The notes below the pieces were generated by a model. That model saw only the letters and a program-made list of their open reading frames with translations. It searched no databases and was not told the DNA's origin. The position numbers and the translations under genes were made by a program. DNA of 58,702 nucleotides, counting the filler, from Sphacelaria rigidula (taxonomy: Eukaryota), in the NCBI GenBank assembly GCA_964200075.2. It is 8 parts of 8 records of this genome, joined end to end, with 100 filler letters (N's around TTAATTAATTAA, not from the genome) between each part and the next. Parts side by side here need not be neighbours in the genome. Positions count along the whole stretch, not along the records: positions 36,753 to 44,002 come from CAXNAA020015772.1; positions 44,103 to 51,352 come from CAXNAA020015773.1; 6 more parts are not named here. One strand, written 5' to 3'. This document shows positions 37,131-50,846 of the stretch, piece by piece. Within the stretch, counting starts at the first letter, position 1; each line of letters opens with the position of its first letter.

Positions 37131-38471
37131 CCATCGACCCTGCCCTCTACTGTTCTCATGGGGTAAAGGGCCACCACGCTACTGGCAAGCGAAGGGCAAT
37201 GATGTCATACGCTGAATGCCCGCGAGCACCGACGATAGCAGCAGTAGTAGTGATAGCAGCCAAGCCGCCACAGGTGCTGTCGTGGGCTGTAATGTGTGTT
37301 CGAACGTGTTCAAACGAGGTTCAAACGCTTTTTCAATGACGTTTTTCGATAGACCGAGGTTATCGGAAAATCCTGATTTTCTGATAACTTTGGGCTGTCG
37401 GAAAAAGATGTCAGAAAAACTTCTATCAGAAAACGCGTTTTCTGATCACATAATAAGTGGGTTTTTGGTCATTTATCAGAAAACGCGTTTTCTGGTAGAG
37501 CTTTTTCCATACATGAGAAGTAGCCTAACTCCTTAAAACGGCGTGAAGTTTTGCCGATGAGTGTTTTTTGGGTGATGAGCGTGAACCACCCTGTACGCAG
37601 ATCGGGGGACCTCAGATTCGGAAACGCATTGTATACCCCAATTTGACCCAAATCGGGGAAGCTCAGATTCGTTTGTCACGATTTGAGAACGGTTTTACAC
37701 GAATCTGAGCACAGATCCGTGGAACATCGAGGTCCCCAGCATCTGTAGCAACTGACGTACGTATGTTGACGTACAATGATGGGGCAGCAGGCGTTTGGTA
37801 TTTTTGTAACAACAGCAGCAAACAGTCTCATGACTACACAGACGGTGCCTGCGAGCGCCGACTGCTGGAGCAGCTCCGCACGAAGTTTGACAAGCGGATA
37901 AGAAGTGTTGACGCCGTACCTGCGGTGATGACCAAATTTTATGCTGCACTGTACTGCTGTATGTATCATCATGACGAACGGTGGTGTACTATCCTACATA
38001 CACTCTGCTGTCGCGGCACTTGCAGGGTGATGAATGACTCTGCACTCGTGAACTCTTGTCGCACACTGTGCTCTGTTCTCGCAATACCGAGTGTATCATC
38101 CTGTATCACCACACGGCATTATCGTGTACTGTAATTGTGCGATGTACTTCACAACATTATACTTTAAGGCACCATGGTACGACGCTGCTCTTGAAGGATG
38201 GTTCCTTGCCTGCCTGTTCTTCGGCTTCACCACTACTGTGAAACCACACCTGCCCAGAAAATGAACGTTCGTGTTCAGAACAATTTCAACAAAAATCTGT
38301 GAAGCCAAGCCATACAGGGGTACACACGAATCTGAGTTTTACGAATCTGGGTCCCCTCGATTTGGCACAAATTCGAGTCCCGCCAGATTCGGGATTGGCT
38401 GCGATACAAAATGGTCTAACATGGGTGTCACATGAACTATTTCAAAAGCTGAAGATCCGGGGCCGAATATT

Positions 38472-38725
38472 GATTGATTTAATTGATTAATTGATTATCT
38501 CACATTAGCTGATTGCAACAATCCAGCCCGTGTTCAGAAAGCAGCAAATATAGAACAGAATAATATATATATACAATAAAGAAAGAAAGGAACAGAAAAA
38601 CGACAGAAGCAACGGCCTCAGAAAGGAAAGAATGGAGGCAGCGATAACAACAAAAAGCACCACCACCACCACCACCACCAACAGCAACAACAAACAATAA
38701 CAGGAACAAGCAACAGCAGTAACAA
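38472..38725 (-). repeat. (CAAT)n-tailed repeat, family B
   Basis: Reverse-complement match to 41060-41272 (...CACGGGCTGGATTGTTGCAATCAGCTAATGTGAGATAATCAAT). Confidence 0.85.
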
Positions 38726-39264
38726 CAAAATAACATATGTTGCCATTGATTGATTGATTGATATGCCATACATGCCGCCTGACAACACACATTATTTTAT
38801 TTTGGTAATGTCTCGGTGAGGAATAGCAAGGACGGTATTGGAAAGGCGAGCCTACGTCTGTNNNNNNNNNNGATCGGACTAATGTGCGGAATCAATAACA
38901 ATAATGGTCTTTATTCACGGGCATTACTTTGGGCTCAACAGTCAGCTACAGTCAGTTGTGGCGTCAAATCAATGAGTGATGTCATTTTAGAACAAAATAT
39001 ATGGAAACATCTAGGAAAATGTTCTCGGACACAGTTTATCCGCAGTGAAGAAATTATGGTTGACCCATACCTAGCCAGCACACACGCCTAACCCTCACCC
39101 ACACATCTCACTAGCGCAACCTGCACTTGCATCGGACTCCTCCCGATCGCTCTCTCACAATTTTTGAGGACGGGGTGAAGTAATCAGGCTCAGCACTCTG
39201 TGATTTGCCGAAACCCCCATCCATTCTCCGTCACGTATACTTGTAGCACACTGAAAAGACGAGC

Positions 39265-39386
39265 ATGGCTGTGCAAACTGAGCAACCCGCCACCAAGGAG
39301 AAGACAGGATGTGCCAAGATCATGTCCTTCATCTGGGAAGGCCAGACGCTCCAGGAGAAGGCGGAGGTCGACCCCAATGCCGGCTG
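39265..39386 (+). CDS. Probable first coding exon of a hypothetical gene
   Basis: GCATGG start context, GC3-rich codons, peptide MAVQTEQPATKEKTGCAKIMSFIWEGQTLQEKAEVDPNAG, strong donor G|GTGAGT. Confidence 0.5.
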
Positions 39387-41059
39387 GTGAGTGAAGTGCG
39401 CGTACAGATTGCTAGCCTCCGAATTGTAAAACGCGGTAGTACCTAATTGTCAGCGAACACATATCGCCCTCTGAAATTTAAAACATGAACGCCCGTGACA
39501 GCAGTACGAGATCGTACAACCGTGCCGACCTTCGGCATACCGTGACAACATAGCCCCCGGCGAAAGCAAGGCACCGTCGCGATTTCCGCTCTGGCTGACT
39601 ACTGGGATATGTGCGTTGTGCTTAGCTGTGGGTCTGTGGGGTGGTTGAGATGAAGTCGACTAGGTGTTCATGCGTGGCTTGTGCGTCAATCTATCCGAAA
39701 GTGCGAAAACCCATTTTAGATCCCGTATGCTTTTCTGGTCAGTCGCTTTGAAGTCAAAATGGAGAGTACGGGAGCCCGTCTTGTGCATGAGGGTATTCGC
39801 CTGACCAGGCGGGTTCGACCCTCAGACCGCCAGGGGGGGTCACGTGTTGAATCGGTGCCCCTCTAAGTTCAAAATTGATTCGAGACTCGGACGATGCAAC
39901 CGACATGACCGTCAACCGGTGGTGTTTCGGCGGCGATTGTGTGAGCGGGAAGGCGCTTCGTCACTGGTGAGGGACGGAATCGTTTTTGCTAAAAGCCATT
40001 TGTGTGCTGTCGCGTCCTCACTTGTACTTCGTTTCACAGACACGTGTTGAGTGCAGCCTCAACGACGAACCAACTGAGTGTGTATCTTTTTGAAAATACA
40101 AAACCGTGGTGGCGAAATAAAGGGGCGATGTCACCGCGTGCACGGGTTCTTCTCACGCTCCTTCGCATGCGCGTCTGTCTGCTCCGTGCTTGCCGCCCGT
40201 ATTGGTGCGCGCCGCATGGATATCTTTTCGGGGTTGCTGCCATCATCCTACCCTGCACCTTTCCTAGGCAGCTCACAGTACCCCCCTACAGTCACCCAGT
40301 ACGATGGTTTCACTGGCCCATGCTTGCGAAGTGAAGATATCGGGTTGGGACCCCACCAGATTCTCATGACTACACATTGCATGGGCGCATCAGGATGAGG
40401 ATCAATAATGGCAACCACGTATTGATACCCATTTCACACGCTTGCCTATCTGCGCACGCGCGCACTATTGAAGCAAAGAATGCAGGTGCACTTGGTTTCA
40501 TGTCATCTCCAAAAGCTAGCCCTGGCATCTCCCAACCACTACACCATTCCATAACTCTCCGACCCCCCGCCGAAATTACAGTCGCTTGCTGACGGAGAGA
40601 TTCCCAACCTCGCAGGCGCTAGGCGCGTGCTGTAGACTTCGTGATTCAGCACTTATACCAGCCCGAAATCAGTGCTGTTGTACTACCGTACCATGCCTAG
40701 CTGCCCAATCTTTTCCCGCGTCGTGTGCGAAAAGGTTGCAACGGGCACTACGGATTGTCCCAGTCCGGCTATGTATTGCCTGGGCCTGAAATTCGCTCAG
40801 TTCAGCCGGTCACCGCGTTGGCTCAGTTTGTACCCTCCGAACCTTGGGATGGTTGGGACGTGGTTTAACGGCGAGAGGAGGTCATCTATTGACATGGCAT
40901 CAATTTCACTTGAGAAGTATTTGAGTATTTGCATGATCGCGATGGATTACCTCGCGGTCTAAGGGCCACTCTCGGTGAAGCAATACAGTACTGGGTGTGA
41001 TTCTTTCTCATATCACACCTGACAAAAGTAGAACGCGACTATCTTCGTGTTCGTGTTTG

Positions 41060-41272
41060 TCTATATTTTGTTGTTACTGCTGTTGTTGTTTGTTGGTGGT
41101 TTTTGTTGGTATCGCTGCCCCCTTTCTTTCTTTTTTGAGGCCGTCGCTTCTGTCGTTTTTCTGTTCCTTTCTTTCTTTTATGTATTTTTTTATTATCATG
41201 TTCTACTTTTGCTGTCCTGACCACGGGCTGGATTGTTGCAATCAGCTAATGTGAGATAATCAATCAATCAAT
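41060..41272 (+). repeat. (CAAT)n-tailed repeat, family B
   Basis: Inverted copy of 38472-38725. Confidence 0.85.
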
Positions 41273-41934
41273 GTTTGGGACACAAACTTCATCTGCACGG
41301 GAGGCCATGGGAAGGGATCGCGGAACCCTTCTCGTGATGACAAGCAAGCACCGCACAAAGAAGTGTTGTTGGTGTTGCATAGCTGTCGCTGTTGTCTTCA
41401 CGACAACAATCGTTCCGATCGCTGCGCATGACTCGGTACTTGGCGTCTGATGCGGAAGCCTTCCGTGGTCACAACCTAACTACCCAAAACAAAGGAAACA
41501 ATGCACGAGGGAAGAAAAAATACACGGACGGTCACAAAAATTGAACAGATGAAGAAAAAAAAATGCAGGAAAGCCACTTCTTCCGTTTTGTCCCTGAAGA
41601 TGCAGATATGGCCGAAAACTGTGACCTGCGGACAACTGAGGTGCTCTGGAACAGTCTCAACAAGTAGAGCAATCAATTCTAAGGTGTCATATATTGCCTT
41701 ACCCTCTTTTCGGTAGAAAAACGACGGAGGAGGGCCAAAAATACACTTTCTCGATATTTTTTCAACACGGGGTAGGTGGTCCAACGTCAAGTGCCGGTAC
41801 CGCAGGGGACCGTCATACTCGATGAAATACAACATGACTGATGGAACATGAAAACTATCTTCTTGACCTTCCTCCTGTGTGACCGCGGCTAATAAATCCA
41901 CATGTTTATACTGAAAGGTGTACACTGTGTGTGT

Positions 41935-42240
41935 GTGTGTGTGTGTGTCGTATCATCCCATCTATTCTGGACACCAGTCTCCATCTGTCGGTGTACACAG
42001 GCGCATCAGCCGAAATCACAGGGAAAGGCTATTTACTCCTTTAGCCGCTAGGATTGGGTCATCTAGCTATACATGCTATTTTCGAGCGAAATCGACTTCG
42101 ATTCAACATATGACATATCCTCGCGGTCAGCACGGGAGTTGCTTTGTTTTGCTCCAGTTCTCACTTTCCTTCTGGGGCGTTTTGCTTATTTGATCGCGAA
42201 AAGGGTTCAGCGGTCTCTTGTACTCGTGGACCGTGAAGCC
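41935..42240 (-). mobile_element. SINE body fragment (family of 20326-20678) with (CA)n tail
   Basis: Shared blocks ATCTATTCTGGACACCAGTCT...GCATCAGCCG...TCAGCGGTC...GACCGTGAAG. Confidence 0.7.
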
Positions 42241-44102
42241 GCAACATTATGGCTCTCCAATGGCGTCAGGAGTAGATGGGATTACCATGGTCATGCGTGA
42301 CATGTCTCATTCGTCGGCGATGTGGTTGTTCACGAAGCAGGACGTTTGTCAACATGCTGAGCGCTTGCCGCACAGCAGTTGGCGTCGATTGGTCCGGGGA
42401 AAAAGTTGTTTTGCCGCTTCCATTGTTCGAGTAAAGGAAAATCAGACCCGAGGTTCTCTATATAAATCACGGTTATGTGCAGTCGGGTAGTCGAATGTGT
42501 GTGGAACCTCCAGTTTGACAAACCTTCATTGTACCGCTTTTTACGGAACCATTCACGGTGCGTCGTGGCGTGCGTGCCAGCCTCTCGAAAGGGTCCACCG
42601 AGAATCCGCATCCGCATCCCACGATATGTGAGACGGAGCACCGAAGCACAGTAGTAGCCAGTGACGCGCCATCTGTACCCCCATCCATTTGCCCTGTGTC
42701 TTGCAGTTGCGCTGATTGTATGCTTTGCAAATGCGCTGGTAGTGCTGGTTGTATGCGCGTCTAGCTCACTGCAGGTGTGCAAGCCGCACAAGCTGTGTGC
42801 AGATCATCACAGCACAGTTTGCTGTACGGTCACCGTACAGACAGTGAAACCACTGCACTGCGTCTGTACTGAAGTACTGATCATCCCTTCGCGCCTCCAC
42901 TCGTCCCGCTCAGCAGTACCGCACAAGGCACAAGGCCAGACCACAGAGATGGGAAATGAGATGTTTCACGTGCAGCGGCCCGGAATTTGAGAATCTGACT
43001 TCTAGACCATGAAATGCTGAACTTTGCACACCCTGGAAATAATATTATCATGGAACCTATAACAGTTGCGATGGGTCTTACACTCCACGCAGTACATTTT
43101 TCTATTTCATATTTTGACAATTTCTTTTCCAGAGTATGGGACTGTGACAACGACCCGAGCTCAAGGATTGACGTTCGCAGATGGCAGATGACAACCGTGG
43201 AACATGACTGTGGCTGTAGTGTCGACGGTTTCATCTCCACCGCACGAGAAATCAACGAGCGAAAAAAATAACAAAAGTGCTGCAAGATACCGTTTTCCAG
43301 CTTGCTGTTGTCAACATGCACCAAGCATGTGATTAGTTTGCTTGTCGTATTTGCCCGCTGTACCCATAGGAGGGAGGTCTACCTCGGTTGGGCACCAAAA
43401 TCCAACGGTCCAATTCACTTCGCCCTTCCCAAATCCGAAGGTCTAACGTACTTTGAAGCCGAACTAATGGTTGGCGGGAAATCCTGGAGCCAGGGAGGGG
43501 TACCGTTTGCTAGACGACCGGTGCCTTGTTGTGGCCCATGTCGGCGTGCATGTTGCCGAACCGGGCGAAACCGCCGAGTGCCGCTCATCACATCATTCAG
43601 AATCGGACTGAATTTGGGAAAACGCTCACGCCACAGCTCACAATACATCCAGCCATTGGATGTTGTCGCCGAAATGGAGTGGACTGTTTTGAGTAGATGA
43701 AGTTCCACTTCGGTGCCCAAAATTGTGGCACGTTGGCGATAACGAACATGGCAGGACACTTTCCATGCGCGTATTTTCGGTTGATGGAAAATTGACATGA
43801 ATTATTGAAATGTTGCTCGAGTTCGGAATGGTCTGGGACGAAGGGGGTACTGAACACGCGTGTTGCACGCCGGTCCGGGAGTCACGAAGCTCCTTGACTC
43901 CTTGAGCACCGCGCAGCGAACAAAATGCAAGGGTCGGACAAATGATGATTCGTCTGAAAATTACTTGGTTTCAGTATTATGAGCGGACCCGTGACGAATC
44001 AANNNNNNNNNNNNNNNNNNNNNNNNNNNNNNNNNNNNNNNNNNNNTTAATTAATTAANNNNNNNNNNNNNNNNNNNNNNNNNNNNNNNNNNNNNNNNNN
44101 NN

Positions 44103-44430
44103 GTCGGCGGGGTGGGGGGGGGGGGGGGGGGTGCCAATGATCTTGCATGCCATAGTCGTATGACCATTGACCTCACATCCCTACAAAGCCGGGACGGAGC
44201 ACGCTGATTCCGCCGGACCAGGCCCGCAATCGATGACCAAGCGCGAAGCGCCGTGGTGTGTTCGGCGGGTCGCATTAAGGGTGAGCTGCATCCTGCTGAG
44301 ATTGTTCGGTCCGAAGCCTCATGATTATCTTGCATTTGGATGACAGCCTCCAGTGAGTTGCTTCATTTTCAGGCATCGCCACTTCCGGGATAGCCATAGT
44401 TTACACATTGCCTCATGGGTGTCTCACCAG
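44103..44430 (-). repeat. Reverse copy of the poly-C module repeat at 22180-22490
   Basis: Colinear reverse-complement similarity, for example GGGTGAGCTGCATCCTGCT and CATTGCCTCATGGGTGTCTCA. Confidence 0.85.
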
Positions 44431-44933
44431 GGGGGGGGGGGGACATTGAAAAAACGTTAAAGTACGGCTTTGCTGGGGGGGGAAGCGACGGCTGCACACT
44501 CCTACGTTTGTTTGAGAGGTGGAGCTCCACGGTGTCATCTATCCGAGCTTTGCAGTTTTAGTCATAGTTTTGTCGGGTACTCGGGACCAACACACCGTAG
44601 CGCTCGGTGAGCGGACCTAGAATGCCCGTCGGCACCCGTGACTTGCCTGGCGGAATGGCCGGTGCTATCTCCACCGCCGTGGGGTATCGGCGGCCCATTG
44701 ATACATCGGCACCTCGTTAACGACGTGACGGTGTGTGCACGGGAGATTCAATCACGGTTGTGGTAGGTAAGGCGCGATTAAACGTCGCAGTTTTGGAACA
44801 ATATCGCCCTTCCCTCACGATAAAAATTCCTGAAATACGGGCAATTTCGCCCTCAATATTCCAAATAAATAACCACGGCTCCGATTTGCCCCCCTCTTCT
44901 GTGAGCATCTCCATAACTTCATGATCAATGCTA

Positions 44934-45482
44934 CAGTAGTACGCGGTCTAAATGTTCATTTTGTGGCATTTCATGATTTTTTCGTGATTGTCGATCTTCT
45001 TGGGCTCTTTATGCTCGCCACTCCATATCACATGGGGGATCTGAAGATATTGGTATCCGCTCCACATTCCAAGAGGGAAAAATCGTCTGTACTCAATATT
45101 GAGAGGCTTTCGGGCTGACTGGTCATGGGGGTCCTGCCACGTTTCAGCCCAGATTATCACTCTTCTGTTTTTTCGGTCGATCGAGACCGTCCCGATCATA
45201 TTTGTAAAAAAATGTACAGTTTTATTTTTTCGAAATTCTGCCTACTCAGTGCACTAGGGCCGAAAAACTGTGTTTCACGGTCAATAACACCCTCCTGGTA
45301 AACGGGGGTATTTACTCGTTTCGCTCGATAACACCAACTAACACTGACTTTGGCACTGTGTTTCGAAGATGATCTGTTTTGTTGTACCAAAATCTACCGA
45401 CGCTAGCAATTTAGAGTTCTATCGAAGAGTAGTACGAGAGGAAACCCCAAACACCCCTAAATAGCTAGACCGCCCACTACTG
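44934..45482 (+). mobile_element. Tc1/mariner (pogo-like) MITE, copy 2
   Basis: TA|CAGTAGTACGCGGTCTA ... TAGACCGCCCACTACTG|TA. Confidence 0.9.
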
Positions 45483-46144
45483 TATCTCTCCAATGGATTA
45501 GACCATAGCATTTTACGGGCCTCTCGTTGAGAAAATATGATCAGCACCCCACATGGCCGACTTTACTTACGGGATAGAGGAAGTATACACATGCATAGGC
45601 ACAGCAGTGGCATATACACCCAGGAATTCTTGTGTGCGTGATCCGCTGCTTTTTTCAGACAGCCGATGACACCTGCTTTACTTCAACTCGGGCAGGTGTA
45701 TCTTGTGAGCACGTCTGAATTTCTCGGGGGTCAGGCAATGTACAACAGTCAACCAATCGATCGAAGAAAATATGAATGGGCGCTTGAGGCGAGTGCGACT
45801 CTTCATGCACGGGCCTCCCCGATGAGGTGCAGCGCCAAGATACCGCATGTCGTGGTGTGGTCCTGAGGGCCCGTGTTATTGAGTCCAAAAATGCGGGAAC
45901 GCGACGTGATAGTGATAGCTTTTGTGGCGGTTGGGGATTTTTTTCGTCTTCTTCATGAGTTCGATTGGTTGTGAGTTGATGCCACATTTTCACCTCCCCC
46001 GAAATCACGTTCACGAAAATTAAGCTTTTGGGAATTAATTTTCGTGAGAGCGGAGAGACATTCGCGTGAAAATGTGAAGAGCAACGTCACATGGTTGCAA
46101 GGCGTGGAGTTGGGTTCTTCATGGGACACATGGTTGGCTTCCCG

Positions 46145-47091
46145 TCACTAGCAGTAGCCACGCGTGGGAGACACACTCCACGTGCACATCTCCCACAGAG
46201 AGATGCGCACAGCTGTATCTCCCAGAACCTCACCGAGTGAGCAAGCATGGGTCCATCGGCGGGTAGTACGTACGAGCGCTGTCCAGCACAGTGGATATCA
46301 CTCGCAAGGTGCGTGGGTGTTGTCGCACGGTCGAAACGCGGACCGTCTACGATGAAGAGCAGCAGCAGCAGCATCGGCACCGGCTGATTCAGACCCACCC
46401 TCAACCGTACACATTTACTGGCAATAAAGATGCTGCTGCTGCTGCTTCTCGTGCGGGAGGCGGTCCGCGTTTCGACGTGCGACGATACCCATGCACCTGG
46501 CGCGTTATTTCCTCCTCCCCATTTGAAATTCATCATGATCTGTTCGCGTGTTGTTTCCCTCATATCGGATCAGTACACTGTAGCATTTCAGAGCGAGTAC
46601 GCATCAATTCTTTTCTCCTGTATTGGACGCTGGCTTTGTTCTTTCAACGCCATCACCAGCAGTAGCCACGCGTGCGAGACACACCCGACGTGCACAGCTT
46701 GCACAGAGAGATGCGCACAGCTATATCTCCAAGCCCTTAGCCTGGTGAGGAAGCATAGACTTATCAGCGGTCAGTACGAACCAGCGCTTTCCGGCATGGT
46801 GGCTATCGTGCGCAAGCTGCGTGGGCGTTATAGCACGATTGAAACGCGGACCGTCTCTCCCATGAGAAAAAACGGCAGCAGCAGCAGTATCGGCACCGGC
46901 TGATTTAGACCCACCCCCAGCCGCGTACATCTACTGGCAGTAAAGATACTGCTGATACTGCTGATACTGCTGCTGTTGCTTCTTCTCTTTGTTGTGCGGA
47001 AGGCGGTCCGCGTTTCGACCGACAATGCCCTTACTCCCTTGCGCGTGATTGCCGCCCTCCTTGAAGTCGCTGGTCTGTTCGCGTGCTGTTC
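46145..47091. repeat. Two diverged tandem units (period about 508 bp), each containing an internal hairpin of about 200 nt
   Basis: Units start AGCAGTAGCCACGCGTG (46150 and 46658). Internal arms GAAACGCGGACCGTCT / AGGCGGTCCGCGTTTC and (CAG)n / (CTG)n. Confidence 0.88.
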
Positions 47092-48632
47092 AACCGATTT
47101 TTCATCACTTGTTTCCCACCCTAGCATACTCGATTAGAACGGTGCGTGATTTCTCATGATAAGGAAGTTGTGAACCGTCACCTCACTGTCACCATCACGA
47201 AATGGTCATCATTTCTCTTGTTTCGTTAAAACACGGCCTAAAGATATGGGTGGAATCGAAGACCGTAAGCACCCGTCCAGTCATATATCGTCGACTCATA
47301 AAATTTCACCTTGCTGGCTAATTGCGCCGCAGGACAACAAACGCCCGCAACCACAAGGCACCAAGCATTATCGCGCTCATGTACCGTCTGGTGGGGATTC
47401 GGCTGCCGCCATGATGTAAAACGAAGACTCATCGGTCCATTGTTGGGGATTTCGGCTAGATTCCTGGGCCGGCCCGTTCCACTCACGGTGGCCGTTGGAT
47501 CTTCGAGCCATGCAGCCCGCTCCACGCGTAAACATGTTCGGACTATAGCATTCTGAAAAAAGATAATTCTACTCGTAGATCGACTTCCTATTTGGAAAGG
47601 GACATTTCGACCTTTGGCGCTGAAACGGAGAGAATCGAGCTGAAAGTTCTCAACGTATGTCTCATATCACATTATTGATCGCCCAGCCATAAAAATACCG
47701 CCTTGGTGGCGGCTGCCAGTGCAGCCGCGGGCTCATCAGTGTGTGCAAGGGTGTGGCCTCGTGCGTAAATTTGGGGGGAGCGCTGGCAAGATTCCGTACA
47801 TCACGTACACATGAACATCAGTCTGCATTAGAGTTTAACGTGCGGTGTGAATCGGTTGGTGGTGGTTGCAGCTCAACACAGCACAGTAGTACTTGTTGCT
47901 GATACATATCTTGTGGGTGCCTGCATTTTGGACGAACCTTTCGATGAGACTGGCGGACGCTGCGTTTACAACAGAGACCTTGCCAAAGGCACAAGAGTCA
48001 TCCAACAACAATTGAGCAGGGCGCGGCAGCCCCAAACAGACGGAGGCACAAAGCCAAAGCCATGGCCTACAATGCGGCCGCAACACTTTACAACAGTGAA
48101 AATTGCACACCGAGCATTGTGGTTCCACCGCGGTAGTCGATGGCCACCAAGCGCGGAATAAATGAAGCGGCTAGCAATGAATACGAGTACAGTCAGTAGC
48201 AGGGGGCAATTTCTCAATGTATCATGCAGGAACGCCATTTTCTCCGCACTTGTCGAAGCTGGTGTTGTGTGTGACGACACATTTTCAAGCCCACCCCGTG
48301 AAGCTAAAAGCTAAAATACACTGTCATGTGCAGAATTGCTGCAACAGAGAGTAAACCCGTAGGTGAGGTAGAATCAGTGATCATCTGGTCGACGCGACGA
48401 CGAACTGTTGTGGCATATCTCCCGCTCACTGGTTGAAAACTGTGAAGTAGGAACCCGCACTTAAAAATAACACTGCACTGTGTACTTGGTCGGAGATGTG
48501 TGTCGACATTTTGACCGCAAGCCAGGTACTACATAGTAGTGAGGTCTTACACTTCAAGTAACGTCGTGGAGGCACGCGATGCTCGACTCTTGTCTGTTTC
48601 CTCTGCATGTTGAAGGGAATTTGAGTCAGAAC

Positions 48633-49153
48633 CAAGGGCAGGTCGAGTAGAGTATACTTGATTGCGGGGTATTTTGAAAGACGTATTTGAGGTGCTCAAA
48701 TAAGGGCGAAGTATTAGAAGTCGTAACCAAAAAACAACTGAAGAGCGACCCCTATAAACCCTACCCCAATTTGGGCACTCCGAGTATGACTTTCACAGTG
48801 AGGCCAACTCTTATGGGAGCGTTTGAAATTTTATTTTGCAACAATTTCAGAGGAGTTTTTTTTTCTTTGTCATCATGGTGAACGGGCACAAAATACACAA
48901 CTACGGCAAAGAGAAGGAAAAAGGTTGCTGAAAATTATTGCAAAATAAATTTTCTAAATGCTCCCATAAAGACAATTTCAGAGGAGTTTTTTTCTTTCTT
49001 TGTCATCATGGTGAACGGGCACAAACTACACAACTACGGCAAAGAAGAAAACAAAAAGTCGTTTTCAATTATTACAAAATGTAATTCTAAACGCTCCCGT
49101 AAGAATCGGCCTAATACCCCGCAATTAGGTATACTCTACTCGACCTGCCCTTG
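48633..49153. mobile_element. Non-autonomous DNA transposon with CAAGG termini and 8-bp TSD (P-element-like or hAT)
   Basis: TIR of about 40 bp, CAAGGGCAGGTCGAGTAGAGTATAC... Flanks GTCAGAAC and CTCAGAAC. Internal tandem duplication of about 130 bp. Confidence 0.85.
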
Positions 49154-50625
49154 CTCAGAACCCGGGAGCAAATGACACTACGTGCCATGGCGTCTTGCAT
49201 GACATATGCCGGTTGAGGAAACATCTCATCACGAGAAATTGAATCGTTTCATTTGCGGCCTGTGGGATACTTTGCCCCGTTTTCCATTATGACCCGAAAG
49301 AGGATCGCCGCGAACCTTCGTTGACACTTTACGCCACCTGAGCGACGACAGAATTCTACAGCGGCTTACTTTTTCCCCGGGTTGTGAGACTCCCACATTC
49401 CGCAAGCCCGCTCCGCACATTCCGCAAGCCCCCACGTGACAAAAAAAGAGGCCGGGAAAAAAAGCAAAAAAATAACATTTTTTTTGTCGGAATCATACAT
49501 ACCGCTGCACATTTTGGAGTTTCCAGTTTACCTTCGCCATGTTGCCGTTTCCCAACATCGACGTCGAACGAATTTTGACAAAGGGGCTACGTTGTATTAT
49601 ACTTCGAAGTAGAGAAGATTTTTCTCACTGAGGTGATGTTTATACAGAGACAAGTGACATCAGTGGCGTTTGCTGATTTGCTACTCTGTACTCGATCGCT
49701 AATTTCAAACAGAGTTGGAATAATTGGGAAAATCCGTAGCACTTTCCATAGGTTCTGCGAGATAAAGAACGGTGCGCAGTGCGCGCCGCTCGATGCGCGA
49801 TGCGTTTGTACATCACGGCGACCGTTGAAGGTGGCCTTGGTAAACGGATGTGCTTCCGTAACCTGCATCGCGACAAAATCAAAGGGGGTACACTCGTACT
49901 GTTGCACCATATACTTGAGTCAGGTCGGGGACTGCAAGAACCAGGACGGTCCTCGACCTTCCTGCAAATACATCATGCCAAATTCCAAAAAAAAATATTA
50001 GCATTACAACTAGATCTCTGATCTTAGCCGAGGCGGCCCGGCGTGTCTTTTATAGGTAGTAGACGTTAATCGCCGTTTACGGACTCCTTGCGTTTGTGCT
50101 GTACGCACTACTACAGCGTTGCACTGTCTGTTGTGCTGTTCGTTACTCGACTGTTCATTTTCTGATGTCTGTCTGCGTATGATCTCTTCGTGTCTCATAC
50201 AATACTCGTAGTGTACTGTACCCAGAATCATTCTGTGAAGCCAGTGGCAAACGCGGGACTACCGAATGAAGATCAGGCTGGTGCAAAACATGCTCTCGAA
50301 CATCGACCGCAGCCAAGCGAAACCGACGCGAATATCTCATCCATGACCTTGGTAAGATATCAATTTACCACAGGAAATCGCAGCGTCCCACCACAAAAGA
50401 GCGGACGTCACGGCACAGGATCCCCCAAGCACGACCCTCGTGCTTTCCTTGTACAGAGGTGCGCAACAGATTGCCAGCAAAATGATGCAGCAGACGGCGG
50501 ACACCCAACATAATGGCCAGTTCAACTATGCTCACGCTCCTTGGAACGTAAGGGTGAAGCAAACCACCACTATATGTCAAAGCAGTACGACAGCTCGATA
50601 GCTCATCACAACAGAAATCGCTCAC

Positions 50626-50846
50626 CGCGCAGTGGTCCCAGTGACAGCTCCCACGACAGGCCCCACGAGATAAGGCGCTGGTCGTTGGTCGGAGTTTGAC
50701 CTGCCCCTCCCGTAGAAGCTCCAATTCTGGGTGTTGACCCCTCCTGATTCGCTGCTGCCGCCACCGCCGCCGCTGCCGCCAACATCTTTGCTGGTAGACG
50801 CACGTTTAGGGCTCAGCCCCCCAACCATGCCCATCATCTTCTTCAT
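50626..50846 (-). CDS. Probable first exon of a hypothetical gene
   Basis: ACCATG start, Gly-rich peptide MKKMMGMVGGLSPKRAS..., donor G|GTGAGC. Possible downstream exons near 50260-50348 and 49810-49862. Confidence 0.45.

Noticed and set aside
42881-43860. Possible transposase relic
   Set aside because: No catalytic motif or termini identified.
46330-46362. Hammerhead-like GAAAC...GTC motif
   Set aside because: No correctly placed CUGANGA core, and it is not conserved in the second unit. Other CTGANGA sites I checked (35490, 36561, 53855) lack the required stems.
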